64,000 nt of DNA from Eledone cirrhosa. Its lineage: Eukaryota. The position numbers were made by a program, and so were the translations under genes. Positions 1-12,100 of this stretch are shown here, piece by piece; the stretch's first letter is position 1; the number at the start of each line of letters is the position of its first letter. Location: positions 243,660,001 to 243,724,000 of the forward strand of contig OZ024743.1 of the NCBI GenBank assembly GCA_964016885.1, written 5' to 3'. Below the pieces are notes generated by a model. That model saw only the letters and a program-made list of their open reading frames with translations. It searched no databases and was not told where the DNA came from.

Positions 1-240
1 ACAACATAGGACAGAGAGGACTTGACAACCTCTCTAGAATTGGTGTCATGATAAAAATGCCTCCTGTACACTATATAATGTGGTTGGCAAATTGAGACAA
101 CATACTGTAGAGAAGACTCTTTAGTTACATTAAAGACTTGACAACTTCTCAAGTGTTGATGCCATGACAAAATGCACACCCAGTACACTCTGTAAAGTGG
201 TTGTTGCCCAATATGGCATGCATGATTGAGATTTATTTAC
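1..240 (+). repeat. Degenerate tandem modules derived from an RTE 3' UTR
   Basis: Two copies of gccatga(t/c)aaaa(a)tgc..c(c/t)gtacact..taa..tggttg, related to the RTE 3' UTR at ~31270-31340. Confidence 0.6.
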
Positions 241-264
241 TATAAGTAAAGTGTAAATATACAT

Positions 265-2170
265 CATACTCTTTTCGTTCTCTTCTTCGTCCACATATTC
301 CTGTCAGAAGCAACCATCTCCAATTGATTTGACAGGATCCCCAAGTGAGACCAGCTAAGCACATGGATGTTATCCAACCATCTTGCTTGGGGGTCTACCT
401 CTGGGTCTCCTGCCTGTTGGTTTTGCCTATAAAATCTGTCCAGCAATTCTTTCCCCGAGACATTCAAACCACATGCCTGTAATATGAGAGATGTGATCTC
501 TCAATTCAGAGAAGTAGCAGCTCTACCTGGAGAGACACTCTGATCTCTGAGCTACGCACTCTATTCAGTAATGTTACTCCAAAGACTCTTTGAAGGAACC
601 CCTTTCAATTGCTTGTATTCGCGATCATATTCTTTTGGTTATTACCCAAGATTCACGACCATAGGTAGATCCCTCTATAATTGGAGCAATTTCTCATCTC
701 CCTTTTTGAAAATTGGGATTATCACACCTGATTATTATTGCTTAGGTGCCTCTCCAGAGATCCAGGTCACCTGGTACACCAGAGTTACTTTAAAGTTTTT
801 AACATCCTGGACTAAATTTCAACCTCCCCAGCAGCCTTGCCACATTTGAGTTCTTTAATTGCTCTTGTGACTTCAGCCTCCAAGAGATTAGTCATTACTC
901 TCAGATGCACCATGTGTGCATCAGAGATATTGTGATCAGCAAAGTATTCTCTCCAACTTGTAAGGATGCACCTCTGTGAAGAGAGGAGAGCCCCCAGGAA
1001 TGTTCTTGATAGCGTTCCTGATAGCAGGTATGGAGGAGGACTTCTTATTACGAAGTCGGCGGATGGTCTGCCAGAACAATGATCTGAAGTTGGATTCCAG
1101 TTTAACCCCAAAGTCCTCCCATGTCTTAACTTTAGACGCCTTTACTGTTTCTGTTTGTGCCACAAGTGCAAGAACTTATTTCCAAGCCAAGCTTTGTAGG
1201 CCTCCTTCTTTGTTCAGATGGCATCTTTGACCTCTTGAGGTCCTCCTGCTTTTGTCTGCAGTATTCAACAGCGGAAGCAGAAACTGTCGAGCTGAACAGT
1301 CTCCACTCTGTTTCAACATCCTAAGAGTTCTTTGAATTTGGATGCAATAGTATCTGCATACTTCATCTTGACTTCCTTATACACTAACGCTTCCTGCTTT
1401 ATCCTGTAGGTTGTCCTGGACAATACCAGTTTTGTGGGTTTCTTTGGCTTTATGTAGTCTCAGGTGCAGATAACTAGAAGGTGATCAGTTGACAGCTCAG
1501 CCCCCGCTCTTAACATGAACATTCAGCTCAGAATTAAAGAGATCAGAGACAATAACAAAATCAATTATTGATCTCTGTCTTTGATTCCCCTTATACCATG
1601 TATATTTATGGATGTCTCTGTGTTGGAAGGGGATGTTTATAACAGAGAGTCCATTGCTGATCAGAAGTCTAAGGCCTCTCCACTCATATTTCGATAGGGG
1701 TTGCTATTCCTTCAAATCACTCTTTCTATGTCAGGTGGTTAGAGCCAACACATGAATTGAAGTCTTCCATTAGGATATATGGCTCAGTCTTAACTACATC
1801 TAATGCTGCTGTGACTTCATCAAAGAAGGACCTGTATTCAGACTCCATGTTTGGTGCTTAAACTTTCACCACCCACAGAGATCTATCTTTCAGCTTAAGC
1901 TTCAAGAGGCAAATACTCCCTTCTAATGGGATTCAGTCCATAATATTCTGACAGCCAGGGCTTGTTATTTTCCCTACTCCCGGCTGTGCACTCTTTTCTG
2001 GCACCACACCTGGATAGTGGAATTTCCCTCTTTCATCCAAACCTTCAGTATCAGAGCCACAGAACTTTGTTGTGGAAACCCCGACTATATCTAGCCGGTA
2101 GCATCTAGCCTCCTCCGCTAGTTCCTGCTCCTTACTTGTAATGTTTCAGTTTCCAATTGTTATAGTTTGC
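265..2170 (-). mobile_element. Decayed, internally deleted RTE-clade LINE (older family C): APE endonuclease, start of RT and 3' end
   Basis: Minus-strand remnants include an APE N-terminus (QELAEEARCYRLDIVGVSTTK, ~2130-2070), SDHL, EVTRAIKELKCGKAAG (~830-880) and a C-terminus RWLDNIH..SWSHLGI. There are many stops and frameshifts. Confidence 0.8.
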
Positions 2171-2392
2171 TCCCTTCCAAACCCTCTGGGGTATCTGGAT
2201 ACACAATATTTGTGTCCAAGCCATGCTTCCCAGGATAGATTGCAGGCCTATCATCAGTTTTTACAGCATGAAATGGAGACTGCAATATATTTTTTGAACT
2301 GGCCCCTCTACCTAAAATAAAAGTGATTCAAGAATTTCAAAAACTTCACATGCAAAAAAAAAAAAAAAAGTATAATTTCAAAGGTAACTCAC

Positions 2393-2544
2393 TCCATTTT
2401 AGAGAAAATCACAAGTTTAGCTTTGCAGAAGTCGGAGTGAACATGAGTTGAGACCTGAAGTTCTTGAAGTAACCATGGTAAACTTGAGCTTTCAAGATTC
2501 ACATTACTCTGCTGTTCAATGTCTAAAAGTTGCTCAATGTTTTT
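2393..2544 (-). CDS. FANCA: FANCA coding exon (KNIEQLLDIEQQSNVNLESSSLPWLLQELQVSTHVHSDFCKAKLVIFSKM), 152 nt, phase 0 to 2
   Basis: Poly-T tract plus ctAG / GTgagt, 50 open codons, phase fits the preceding exon. Protein similarity is weak. Confidence 0.7.
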
Positions 2545-3029
2545 CTAGAAAAAAAAAGGGTGTTTTTGTATGTGCGGATATATGTACACACACACACACA
2601 TATATATATATATACATCATCATTTTACATCCGCTTTTCCCTGCTTGCAATGGTGGGATGGGTCCTATTCAGCACAGCATCTCTCCATTTGTCATCTACT
2701 CTGTGAGCTTCAGCGATCTGAGGTCAGCTCTCACTACCTCTGCCCATGATTTTCGTATATACATTAGGTATTGTTACCAAAACACAGCCACTGCACTTGC
2801 TATTAACTAATGTGGGTGCACTCTGAACATCGAGATGTAGTTTCACCATTGCAACCTTATTGATTCATGGCCGGAGATTGCTGAAATAACATCAGTGACT
2901 TTCATAAACCCTGTATATATATATATATTTACACACACACATACACATATATATATATATACACACACACATACACATATATATATATATATATACTCAC
3001 ATGTTGTTGGGCCTCAGTTAATTGCAATG

Positions 3030-3225
3030 ATGAGTGTTCCAGTTGTTTGAACAACAGAAGAGCCTGTTTGTAAAATTAACATGTAATTGGGTGAGTATTC
3101 CAGTCATATGCACCTTTTATGTAGTTCTCAGGGAGATTTAGTGTGACATGGTTGGCCTTTTGAATTACAGCCACAATCCATTTACACCAGAGGAGTGGAC
3201 AACGGCAATGCGAAATATAGTGTCT
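3030..3225 (-). mobile_element. Degraded SINE-like repeat
   Basis: gtagttctcagggagatt...tttgaattacag...agtggac..caatgcgaaata..gtgtct shares its central domain with the SINE at 51585-51921. Confidence 0.45.
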
Positions 3226-3279
3226 GCAGTTTAATGGTTGAAACCATGTTTTAGAAAGTAAAAGAATAAAAGAACTAAC

Positions 3280-3382
3280 CTTTAGTAGTGTAACAATTTC
3301 ATATTTATTCCTGTTGGGAACCAGTGGTACTGCTGCATTAGTCTGGCACATGTGGGACTGTGGTGCATTGCTCTGCATATAA
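3280..3382 (-). CDS. FANCA: FANCA coding exon (YMQSNAPQSHMCQTNAAVPLVPNRNKYEIVTLLK), 103 nt, phase 2 to 0
   Basis: ctctgttcttgcAG / AAG|GTtagt, overlaps ORF 3076..3378, phases fit. Confidence 0.75.
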
Positions 3383-3491
3383 CTGCAAGAACAGAGTAAT
3401 TGATGGACACAGCCAGGGATTAACTATCTGGTTGCTCAACTTGCTAGAAATAACAGTGAAACCACCCTCAAATCACAGCCAATTGATTTAA

Positions 3492-3697
3492 CCCTTTAGT
3501 ATTTACATTACTCTATATTTACTATCGTATTTTCACAGAAAAAGGCTTTATCTTACATTATATTGAATCTACGAGATTTTGATATTTATTCTGGGAACAA
3601 TACCTTAACATAAGTATGAGCAGCCAGTTATGGCTGGTTTGAACAGATGGTGGTGAGAGAATTCTGGCTGGATATGGCCAGTTTAAATGATAAAGGG
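3492..3697. mobile_element. piggyBac-like MITE
   Basis: TTAA|CCCTTTA ... TAAAGGG|TTAT termini. A second copy lies at 53343-53546. Confidence 0.75.
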
Positions 3698-3834
3698 TTA
3701 TACAGATGAAAGATACAGTGGATAATATAGACATAGATACATTATGATTGAATAACAGATGGGATGGTCATGGCTGGATAGCAATGCTGAACAAGACTCA
3801 CCTGGAAGTAAAAAACCCAAGCTAAATCTACTAT

Positions 3835-4260
3835 ATATGAGGTCTGTCGAAAAAGTAGCTGTCAGGCAGACAAAAGTGCACAGAGTGGAGAGTGGAGCTG
3901 CATACATTCATGCATATGTGTAGTTTTTGGCAAGCTCACTGGATGTGTCAGTTGACATCAGGTAGCCAATGTGAGGTACTGCACTACTTACTCGTTGCAT
4001 TTTCATTTCAACCAATGTTATCAACAAAGATCCTGAAGTTCTGAATACCCTGATAACTGGAGATGAGTCATGGCTGTACAGATACAACCTGGAAACCAAA
4101 ACTCAGTCATCAACGTTGGCAATGCCCCCAAAAAGCATGTCAAGTGCAGAGCAAAATTAAAATGATGTTCACTGTTTTCTTTGACTACTAAGACATTGTG
4201 CATCATTAATATACACCAGAAGGACAAACAGTTACCAAGGAATACTGTTAGGAAGACTAG
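3835..4260 (+). mobile_element. Mariner transposase pseudogene fragment
   Basis: TIR-like tatgaggtctgtcgaaaaagtag. Broken translation LITGDESWLYRYNLETKTQS...KIKMMFTVFFDY*DIVHH*YTPEGQTVTKEY. Confidence 0.8.
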
Positions 4261-5023
4261 AGACAGGCAAATTTCATTAGAGTTATCTCTCTTGCTTGTT
4301 TTTTTAAATACTATATGAATGGATAATTTCAGTTGGTCAAAGTTTTTCAACTTGCTGTATATTTATATCTAGTCGGAAGAACACTTCTCTGAGGTATATC
4401 AGACAGCCATGTTACTAAATTTCCTCAAATCCTCACACACATATTAGTCACCCTAGCTTTGCCAATTGAGTAGAATATACTTCACTAAAGAGGTCTAATA
4501 ACACTGAAATATGTCAATTGATGTCACCAATTGGCTTTAAAAAGGCAAATCCATTACAATTTGCATTGTCTAAATTTTCTGAAATTTAAATTAACTGATC
4601 TTTTTGGAGTTCTTTTCCTTGCTTGTCTTTTCTTTTTATAGGTTTTAAACATGACATTCCTTTGTTTAAGAAACAAAATGTCTATAAAAAGTGATTGTTT
4701 ATTTTCATTTAAATTCCTGGCTGATGGATAAAGCTTACAAAATTGAAAGGCATGGTTTGTTGCCACTTTGGGGTAATCAGTAACACATCCACACAGTATA
4801 AAGGTGTGAGTTTAAGTTCCACAGGTGGCACTTGTCCCCTTTCCCCCGTCTCTAGGGGTTTATATACAACTAATTGTTAGACTATTTTCATAGTAAAATA
4901 GAAACTTGCATTGTAGCCATTAACTTTACTCTAAGTTGTCTTATTTTCGAAGGTTCGTAACTCATTTATCACTTCTAAAAATATATTGTTTATTTACATA
5001 TGTATGTATTTAAATGAACTTAC

Positions 5024-5128
5024 TTTATATCTGCCTCTAGTAAACAGTTAAATATAGCTGAGCAGATATCTCGGCCATTTCTGTTTTCAGCTTGGTATTT
5101 ATGGAGATACCATGTTAGGTACAAGTTT
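5024..5128 (-). CDS. FANCA: FANCA coding exon (NLYLTWYLHKYQAENRNGRDICSAIFNCLLEADI), 105 nt, phase 2 to 2
   Basis: tttctatttgtctAG / GTaagt. The W..H and C..I.N.L pattern resembles human QWAIHEH...ACTILVNAL (recalled). Confidence 0.82.
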
Positions 5129-5324
5129 CTAGACAAATAGAAATATAGTAAAACAGAATATAAATGTATAGTTTATATGAAACCTTGTGAAATATATGGC
5201 TTGGTTTGGTTTGGAAAAGCTGATACAATGCAAGTTAGAAATACAAGAGTGAAAACTTGAGTAGAATAAAGTAATAACAGAAACAGTTTTCACTTCTACC
5301 TTAATTTCATATTTTGAAGTTAAG

Positions 5325-5870
5325 AACTTTTTCATGCCAACCCTTACCTATGGTCATGAATCTTGTGAAATGATAGAAAGAATATGATCGCATATATAAG
5401 TGGCTGAAAAGGTGCATTGGAGAAACGTTACTTGATAGAGTGTGTAGCTCAGATTAGAGAGTCACTCCAGGTAGAGCACTACATCTCCTAGAGTGTGTAG
5501 CTCAGATCAGAGAGTCGCTCCAGGTAGAGCACTACATCTCCTAGAGTGTGTAGCTCAGATCAGAGAGTCGCTCCAGGTAGAGCACTACATCTAGAGTGTG
5601 TAGCTCAGATCAGAGAGTCGCTCCAGGTAGAGCACTACATCTCCAAATTGAAAGATCACAGCTCCAATACTAAGGGCATGTCTCAGGAAAGAATCGCTGA
5701 ACAGATTTTATGGCCAAAATCAACTGGCAGGGGACCCAGGAGTAGATGTTGAGCAAAAATATTCATGAACTTGCTGGTCTCGTTTTGGGATTCAGCACTT
5801 GTTGGAAGGAGTATTTGAGGACTCTGACTCACAAGCTGCTCAGGAATATGTGGGCAAAGAAAAAGAAGAC
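5325..5870 (+). mobile_element. RTE family C 3' fragment with an internal 4x ~53-bp tandem amplification (5436-5645)
   Basis: PTLTYGHES...SQERI.EQILW.K C-terminal motifs. The unit tagagtgtgtagctcagatcagagagtcgctccaggtagagcactacatctcc is repeated. Confidence 0.8.
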
Positions 5871-6128
5871 CTTTTTCAATAGAAAGGAACTGGAGTGTGA
5901 TGTTGGCAATGAGCTGTCCTTATCCATGTAAACATTGAGTTGGAAGGGTGGAGACAAAGGGTACTAACTTTGAAATATGAAATATTAGGTAAACTGCTGT
6001 TTTGTTACATTTTTCTTAATTTACTCTACTGTACTTTTCACTCTTGTATTTCTAACTTGGATTGTATTGGCTTTCCCAAAACAATTACACACACAGAGTT
6101 ACATACAGAGGTAAGACACATCCCTTAC

Positions 6129-6202
6129 CTTTGTTGACTAGTGAGATAATCCCTTCCAGGATCTACAGCTAGCTCATGTTGAACCCAATGTTGCAATGTC
6201 AT
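6129..6202 (-). CDS. FANCA: FANCA coding exon (MTLQHWVQHELAVDPGRDYLTSQQ+AG), 74 nt, phase 0 to 2
   Basis: ttcttttacAG / AAG|GTaagg. Only this frame is open. Matches human [25 protein letters not shown] (recalled). Confidence 0.92.
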
Positions 6203-6499
6203 CTGTAAAAGAACACACAAAAATTAAAATAAGATATAAGAACCAAATTTCAAATGAATGTCCTGTACCACATGAAACTACATTAGTAAAACATTCTTGA
6301 AAAGTGTTAAACAGCACTATGACTGTATCACATAAATAATTGAAATCGTTACTTTAATACTGCACAGGTTCACAACAATCTGTTCACTAGTAAAGATACA
6401 ATAAACATTTGAACTAACAAACCTATTCTTTTTATATTTTCTGCTAAAGGATGTTAATAGTAAAGGATTTACTACTCTTATTACTATATTTATAATGAG

Positions 6500-7080
6500 A
6501 AATTCAAGTATCTTGGCATTGTGATCATGAGTGATGGAAGTCAGGAGGCTGAATTAAGTGCAAGAATTGCAGAAGCTGATGCAGTAATGCACTAGCTTCA
6601 GCATTTGGTAATCAGAATAAACTCGCTATCTTCAATTCAGTGTTCATGTCAGCCATTACATATAGCCATGAATCTTGTATAATGACTGAAAGAATACAAG
6701 CGACTGAAATAGGGTTCCTCCAAAGAGTCTTTGGAATAATGCTACTCGACAGAATGTGTAGCTTGGAGATTAGAGAGTCACACCAGGTAGAGCTGCTACG
6801 TCTCCAAATTGAGAGATCACAGCTCCAATATTATGGGAATGTGGTTAGTATGTCTCAAGAAAGAATCACTGGACAGATTTTATGGGCAAAAACCAACCAG
6901 TAGGATACCCAGGGATGCACCCCGAGCAAGATGGTTGGAAACCATCCATGAGCTCAGCTGGTCTCGCTTAGGGATCCAACCAGATCAGTTGGAGATGGTT
7001 GCTTCTGACAGGACTCACTGGAAGGAGTGTTTGAGGACTCTACTCTCATGACCCCACTCAGGAATATGTGGGAGAAGAAG
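6500..7080 (+). mobile_element. RTE family C 3' fragment
   Basis: FKYLG...ITYSHES..ERIQATEIGFLQRV..PRARWLETIHELSWSRLGI. It is homologous to 265-660 in inverse orientation. Confidence 0.85.
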
Positions 7081-7259
7081 ATAGATACAGTACACTTTGT
7101 AAACCATGTCAAAACTGGAACATATGTAAGCAAGACATATCTCCTGGCTTGTCAGTAAAAGGCCAGTAACTCCAATTATGTATTGACTTGGTCAGTGATG
7201 ACTTGTTCAAACTACAGCAGCATGGAAAACAAACATGAAATGATGATGATAATTACTAC

Positions 7260-7394
7260 CTGATGATGATTCTTTATGACAGTAAAAGCTTCAGACTGAT
7301 ATAGGATCACCTGTTCCTCTTCATCGGGTCTCTCACTTGTGCAGGTGTCATTAAATCGTAGGTACGGGTACTTCCTCTCACAGATGTACGTAAA
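7260..7394 (-). CDS. FANCA: FANCA coding exon (FTYICERKYPYLRFNDTCTSERPDEEEQVILYQSEAFTVIKNHHQ), 135 nt, phase 0 to 0
   Basis: ctttcattattgtctAG / CAG|GTagt, 45 open codons. Loosely similar to human FQFLMFRLF...SLWTHRTF (recalled). The donor position is less certain. Confidence 0.72.
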
Positions 7395-7477
7395 CTAGAC
7401 AATAATGAAAGATACAGAAGATGTATGAATGTATTGATCTATATCAATTATATATTGATATATACATATATATAACA

Positions 7478-7765
7478 TTCATTTTTGAATTTGTTTTGCG
7501 AGATTTCTTATCTGAAAACGCGTGTTGAAACAGATGTTGCTATACTTTGGGAGGGTCATATTGCCAATAAAAACACATGCACCTGTTGGTTTTCACTTCA
7601 ATTTATTATAAATTTCCGGTTGGTTGGTTGGTTGGATAACCAGAAGGTTGTTTATATATTGTCAAAGCTCTTTCGTCACACATTCTGTGACCTCCTCAGT
7701 GACTAGGTTTTTATTTTGTGTGTCTCTCTTTTGTTCTGTCCTACACCGTCTTGGTGCAGGACATA
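7478..7765 (-). mobile_element. Diverged solo 3' terminal fragment of the Penelope-like family
   Basis: Collinear with 34835-35050 and the reverse complement of 38200-38465 (tatactttgggagggtcat.ttgccaataa..aacac..gcacc..ttcacttcaatttatta..ggttggttgg). Confidence 0.85.
7661..7703 (-). ncRNA. Minimal type I hammerhead ribozyme (variant copy)
   Basis: Minus strand GUCA-CUGAGGA-G-GUCACA gaaug UGUGAC-GAAA-GAGC-UU-UGAC. Core and stems I/II are kept despite divergence from the 38204 copy. Confidence 0.7.
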
Positions 7766-7873
7766 TCACTATATATTGATATAGACATTGAAACATAAGT
7801 ATGGGTATTTATCACATACGTAGATAAACTAGACAATAATGAAAGGAACAGAAGTTGTGTTACTGTATTGATA

Positions 7874-8700
7874 TCATCATCATCGTTTAACGTCCATCTT
7901 TCACGCTTGCATGGGTTTGGACGGGAATTTTCTCACTTAAGGCAAGATTGGTTGTCTTGCTCGTATAGGACTGTCTGGCGGGTTTTCTACAGCTGGATGC
8001 CCTTCCTAACACCAACCACGTTTACAGTGTGGACTATTATTCTCAACATCATCGTTTTTACGTCTGCTTTTCCATGCTCGCATGGGTTGGATTGGTCTTT
8101 CTCAGAACAGCATCTCTCCACTTGTCGCGTGCCTCTGTGAGTCTCTATGATTTGATGTCCACTCTCACAATCTCTTCCCAGGTCTTTCTTGGACGTCCAC
8201 TATTGCGGCTTCCTGGCATTTCTTCACCCATTGGTCATTGTCCATGAACATCACATATCCATACCAACACAGTCTTCTCTCCTGCACACCACCTCGGACT
8301 TCCCTTAAGCCCAGGTTCTCTTTTTGCCTTTTTCTCACATTTACATTGCGCATCCAATGAAACATGGTTGCTTCATTTCTCTCCAGTCTACACATCCTCA
8401 GCAGCCACAGCCTATGTTTCACTGCAATACAGTATTGCACATCAGTGTCACACAACCTTCCTTTGTATGTAGGGAGAAACCTTTTGCTGTCAGCAGTTGG
8501 AGCAGTTCTCTAAACTTCTTCTAGCTATTATACTCACAGTACACCCTCCTCCGTGGCTAATTAGGTCACCTAGATAGCAAAAGCTATCAACCACATCTAT
8601 GAATCCTTCTTGTGACTGGAAAAGATTTATATCATTAGCAGTCTTCCTCTCGATTTCCCCTGTGAATCTTCTACAAGCAAAGTTTTCCCTTCCTGTTAGT
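7874..8700 (-). mobile_element. RTE 3' pieces: family-B tail stub (7874-8032) next to an older RTE 3' fragment (8042-8700)
   Basis: (CAT)n tail followed by cgtttaacgtcc; RLERNEATMFHWM...VQERRLCWYGYV; DSFCYLGD at ~8565-8590. Confidence 0.8.
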
Positions 8701-8917
8701 CTATTTGTTATCCCACAAAGAGACTAACAGGAAGGGTTGGCCATTATTTTCAGTAAATTTATCCACCTGCTTCTCACTGATACTACAGCAAGCATCAAAA
8801 CACAACGCTTGAAAGTGGTTTCTAAATTTGTAATTTAAATCAAATATCAAAATGACAAAACCAGAACATTTTGATGAAGGGATTTTTAATTCCCGAAATA
8901 TTAGGAAAAAAAAAAAA

Positions 8918-9139
8918 ATAATAATGATTTCTAGTATAGGCACAAGGCCAAAATTTGTGGGAGGGGAAAGTCGATTATATTGACCCCAGTGCATTACTGG
9001 TGCTTCATTTTATTAACCTTGTAAGGATGACATGAAAAGTAAACCTCAGTGGGATTTAAATTTAAACCATAAAGGGCCATAACTATATGCCGCAAAGCAA
9101 GGCGTATGACACTCTGATGATACTGCCAATCCACTGCCC
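8918..9139 (-). mobile_element. tRNA-derived SINE (family S2), directly abutting the satellite
   Basis: Homologous to 56605-56801 (gggcagtggattggcagtatc head, gccttgtgcc..tagaaa and (TTA)n tail). Confidence 0.8.
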
Positions 9140-12100
9140 CAGGACTGATGTTGTTTGGCCACAGGACAGATGTTGATTAGACCCAGGACAGATGTTGTTT
9201 AGACCCAGGATAGATGTTGTTTAGGCCCAGGTCAGATGTTGTTTAGGCCCAGGATAGATGTTGATTAGATCCAGGACAGATGTTGTTTAGGCCCAGGATA
9301 GATGTTGTTTAGGCCCAGGATAGATGTTGATTAGATCCAGGACAGATGTTGTTTAGGCCCAGGACAGATGTTGATTAGATCCAGGACAGATGTTGTTTAG
9401 ACCCAGGACAGATGTTGTTTAGACCCAGGTCAGATGTTGTTTAGGCCCAGGTCAGATGTTGTTTAGGCCCAGGAAAGATGTTGTTTAGACCCAGGTCAGA
9501 TGTTGTTTAGACCCAGGATAGATGTTGATTAGATCCAGGACAGATGTTGTTTAGACCCAGGACAGATGTTGTTTAGGCCCAGGAAAGATGTTGTTTAGAC
9601 CCAGGTCAGATGTTGTTTAGACCCAGGATAGATGTTGTTTAGACCCAGGTCAGATGTTGTTTAGACCCAGGATAGATGTTGTTTAGACCCAGGACAGATG
9701 TTGTTTAGACCCAGGTCAGATGTTGTTTAGGCCCAGGTCAGATGTTGTTTAGACCCAGGTCAGATGTTGTTTAGACCAAGGATAGATGTTGTTTAGACCC
9801 AGGTCAGATGTTGTTTAGGCCCAGGATAGATGTTGATTAGATCTAGGACAGATGTTGTTTAGACCCAGGTCAGATGTTGTTTAGGCTCAGGATAGATGTT
9901 GATTAGACCCAGGATAGATGTTGTTTAGATCCAGGACAGATGTTGTTTAGGCCCAGGATAGATGTTGTTTAGATCCAGGACAGATGTTGTTTAGACCCAG
10001 GATAGATGTTTAGACCCAGGATAGATGTTGTTTAGGCCCAGGATAGATGTTGTTTAGACCCAGGTCAGATGTTGTTTAGGCCCAGGTCAGATGTTGTTTA
10101 GGCCCAGGATAGATGTTTAGACCCAGGATAGATGTTGTTTAGGCCCAGGACAGATGTTGATTAGACCCAGGATAGATGTTGTTTAGACCCAGGTCAGATG
10201 TTGTTTAGGCCCAGGATAGATGTTGTTTAGGCCCAGGATAGATGTTGTTTAGACCCAGGATAGATGTTGTTTAGACCCAGGTCAGATGTTGTTTAGGCCC
10301 AGGATAGATGTTGATTAGATCCAGGACAGATGTTGTTTAGACCCAGGATAGATGTTTAGACCCAGGATAGATGTTGTTTAGGCCCAGGATAGATGTTGAT
10401 TAGATCCAGGACAGATGTTGTTTAGACCCAGGTCAGATGTTGTTTAGGCCCAGGATAGATGTTGATTAGACCCAGGATAGATGTTGTTTAGACCCAGGTC
10501 AGATGTTGTTTAGGCCCAGGATAGATGTTGTTTAGGCCCAGGATAGATGTTGTTTAGACCCAGGTCAGATGTTGTTTAGGCCCAGGATAGATGTTGATTA
10601 GACCCAGGACAGATGTTGTTTAGGCCCAGGACAGATGTTGTTTAGACCCAGGTCAGATGTTTAGACCCAGGATAGATGTTGTTTAGACCCAGGACAGATG
10701 TTGTTTAGGCCCAGGATAGATGTTGTTTAGACCCAGGACAGATGTTGTTTAGGCCCAGGACAGATGTTGTTTAGACCCAGGTCAGATGTTTAGACCCAGG
10801 ATAGATGTTGTTTAGACCCAGGACAGATGTTGTTTAGGCCCAGGATAGATGTTGTTTAGACCCAGGTCAGATGTTGTTTAGGCCCAGGTCAGATGTTGTT
10901 TAGGCCCAGGATAGATGTTGTTTAGACCCAGGATAGATGTTGTTTAGACCCAGGTCAGATGTTGTTTAGACCCAGGTCAGATGTTGTTTAGGCCCAGGTC
11001 AGATGTTGTTTAGGCCCAGGATAGATGTTGTTTAGACCCAGGATAGATGTTGTTTAGACCCAGGGCAGATGTTGTTTAGGCCCAGGATAGATGTTGATTA
11101 GATCCAGGACAGATGTTGTTTAGGCCCAGGATAGATGTTGTTTAGATCCAGGACAGATGTTGTTTAGGCCCAGGATAGATGTTGATTAGATCCAGGACAG
11201 ATGTTGTTTAGGCCCAGGACAGATGTTGATTAGATCCAGGATAGATGTTGTTTAGACCCAGGACAGATGTTGTTTAGACCCAGGACAGATGTTGTTTAGG
11301 CCCAGGATAGATGTTGTTTATACCCAGGATAGATGTTGTTTAGACCCAGGTCAGATGTTGTTTAGACCCAGGATAGATGTTGTTTAGACCCAGGACAGAT
11401 GTTGTTTAGACCCAGGATAGATGTTGATTAGATCCAGGACAGATGTTGTTTAGACCCAGGTCAGATGTTGTTTAGGCCCAGGATAGATGTTGTTTAGACC
11501 CAGGACAGATGTTGTTTAGACCCAGGTCAGATGTTGTTTAGGCCCAGGATAGATGTTGATTAGACCCAGGACAGATGTTGTTTAGACCCAGGACAGATGT
11601 TGTTTAGGCCCAGGATAGATGTTGTTTAGACCCAGGATAGATGTTGTTTAGACCCAGGTCAGATGTTGTTTAGACCCAGGATAGATGTTGTTTAGACCCA
11701 GGACAGATGTTGTTTAGGCCCAGGATAGATGTTGATTAGATCCAGGACAGATGTTGTTTAGGCCCAGGATAGATGTTGTTTAGATCCAGGACAGATGTTG
11801 TTTAGGCCCAGGACAGATGTTGATTAGATCCAGGACAGATGTTGTTTAGACCCAGGGCAGATGTTGTTTAGGCCCAGGATAGATGTTGTTTAGACCCAGG
11901 ATAGATGTTGTTTAGACCCAGGGCAGATGTTGTTTAGGCCCAGGATAGATGTTGTTTAGACCCAGGTCAGATGTTGTTTAGGCCCAGGTCAGATGTTGTT
12001 TAGGCCCAGGATAGATGTTGTTTAGACCCAGGATAGATGTTGTTTAGACCCAGGGCAGATGTTGTTTAGGCCCAGGATAGATGTTGTTTAGACCCAGGTC

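Noticed and set aside
2160-2312. Next FANCA exon after 2393
   Set aside because: The ttttAG acceptor gives an immediate stop in the required phase. The nearby alternative AG gives no recognisable similarity and runs into the LINE.
8701-8994. 97-aa minus-strand ORF
   Set aside because: It starts in a SINE and poly-T tract, has no usable splice pair in the needed phase and no motif.
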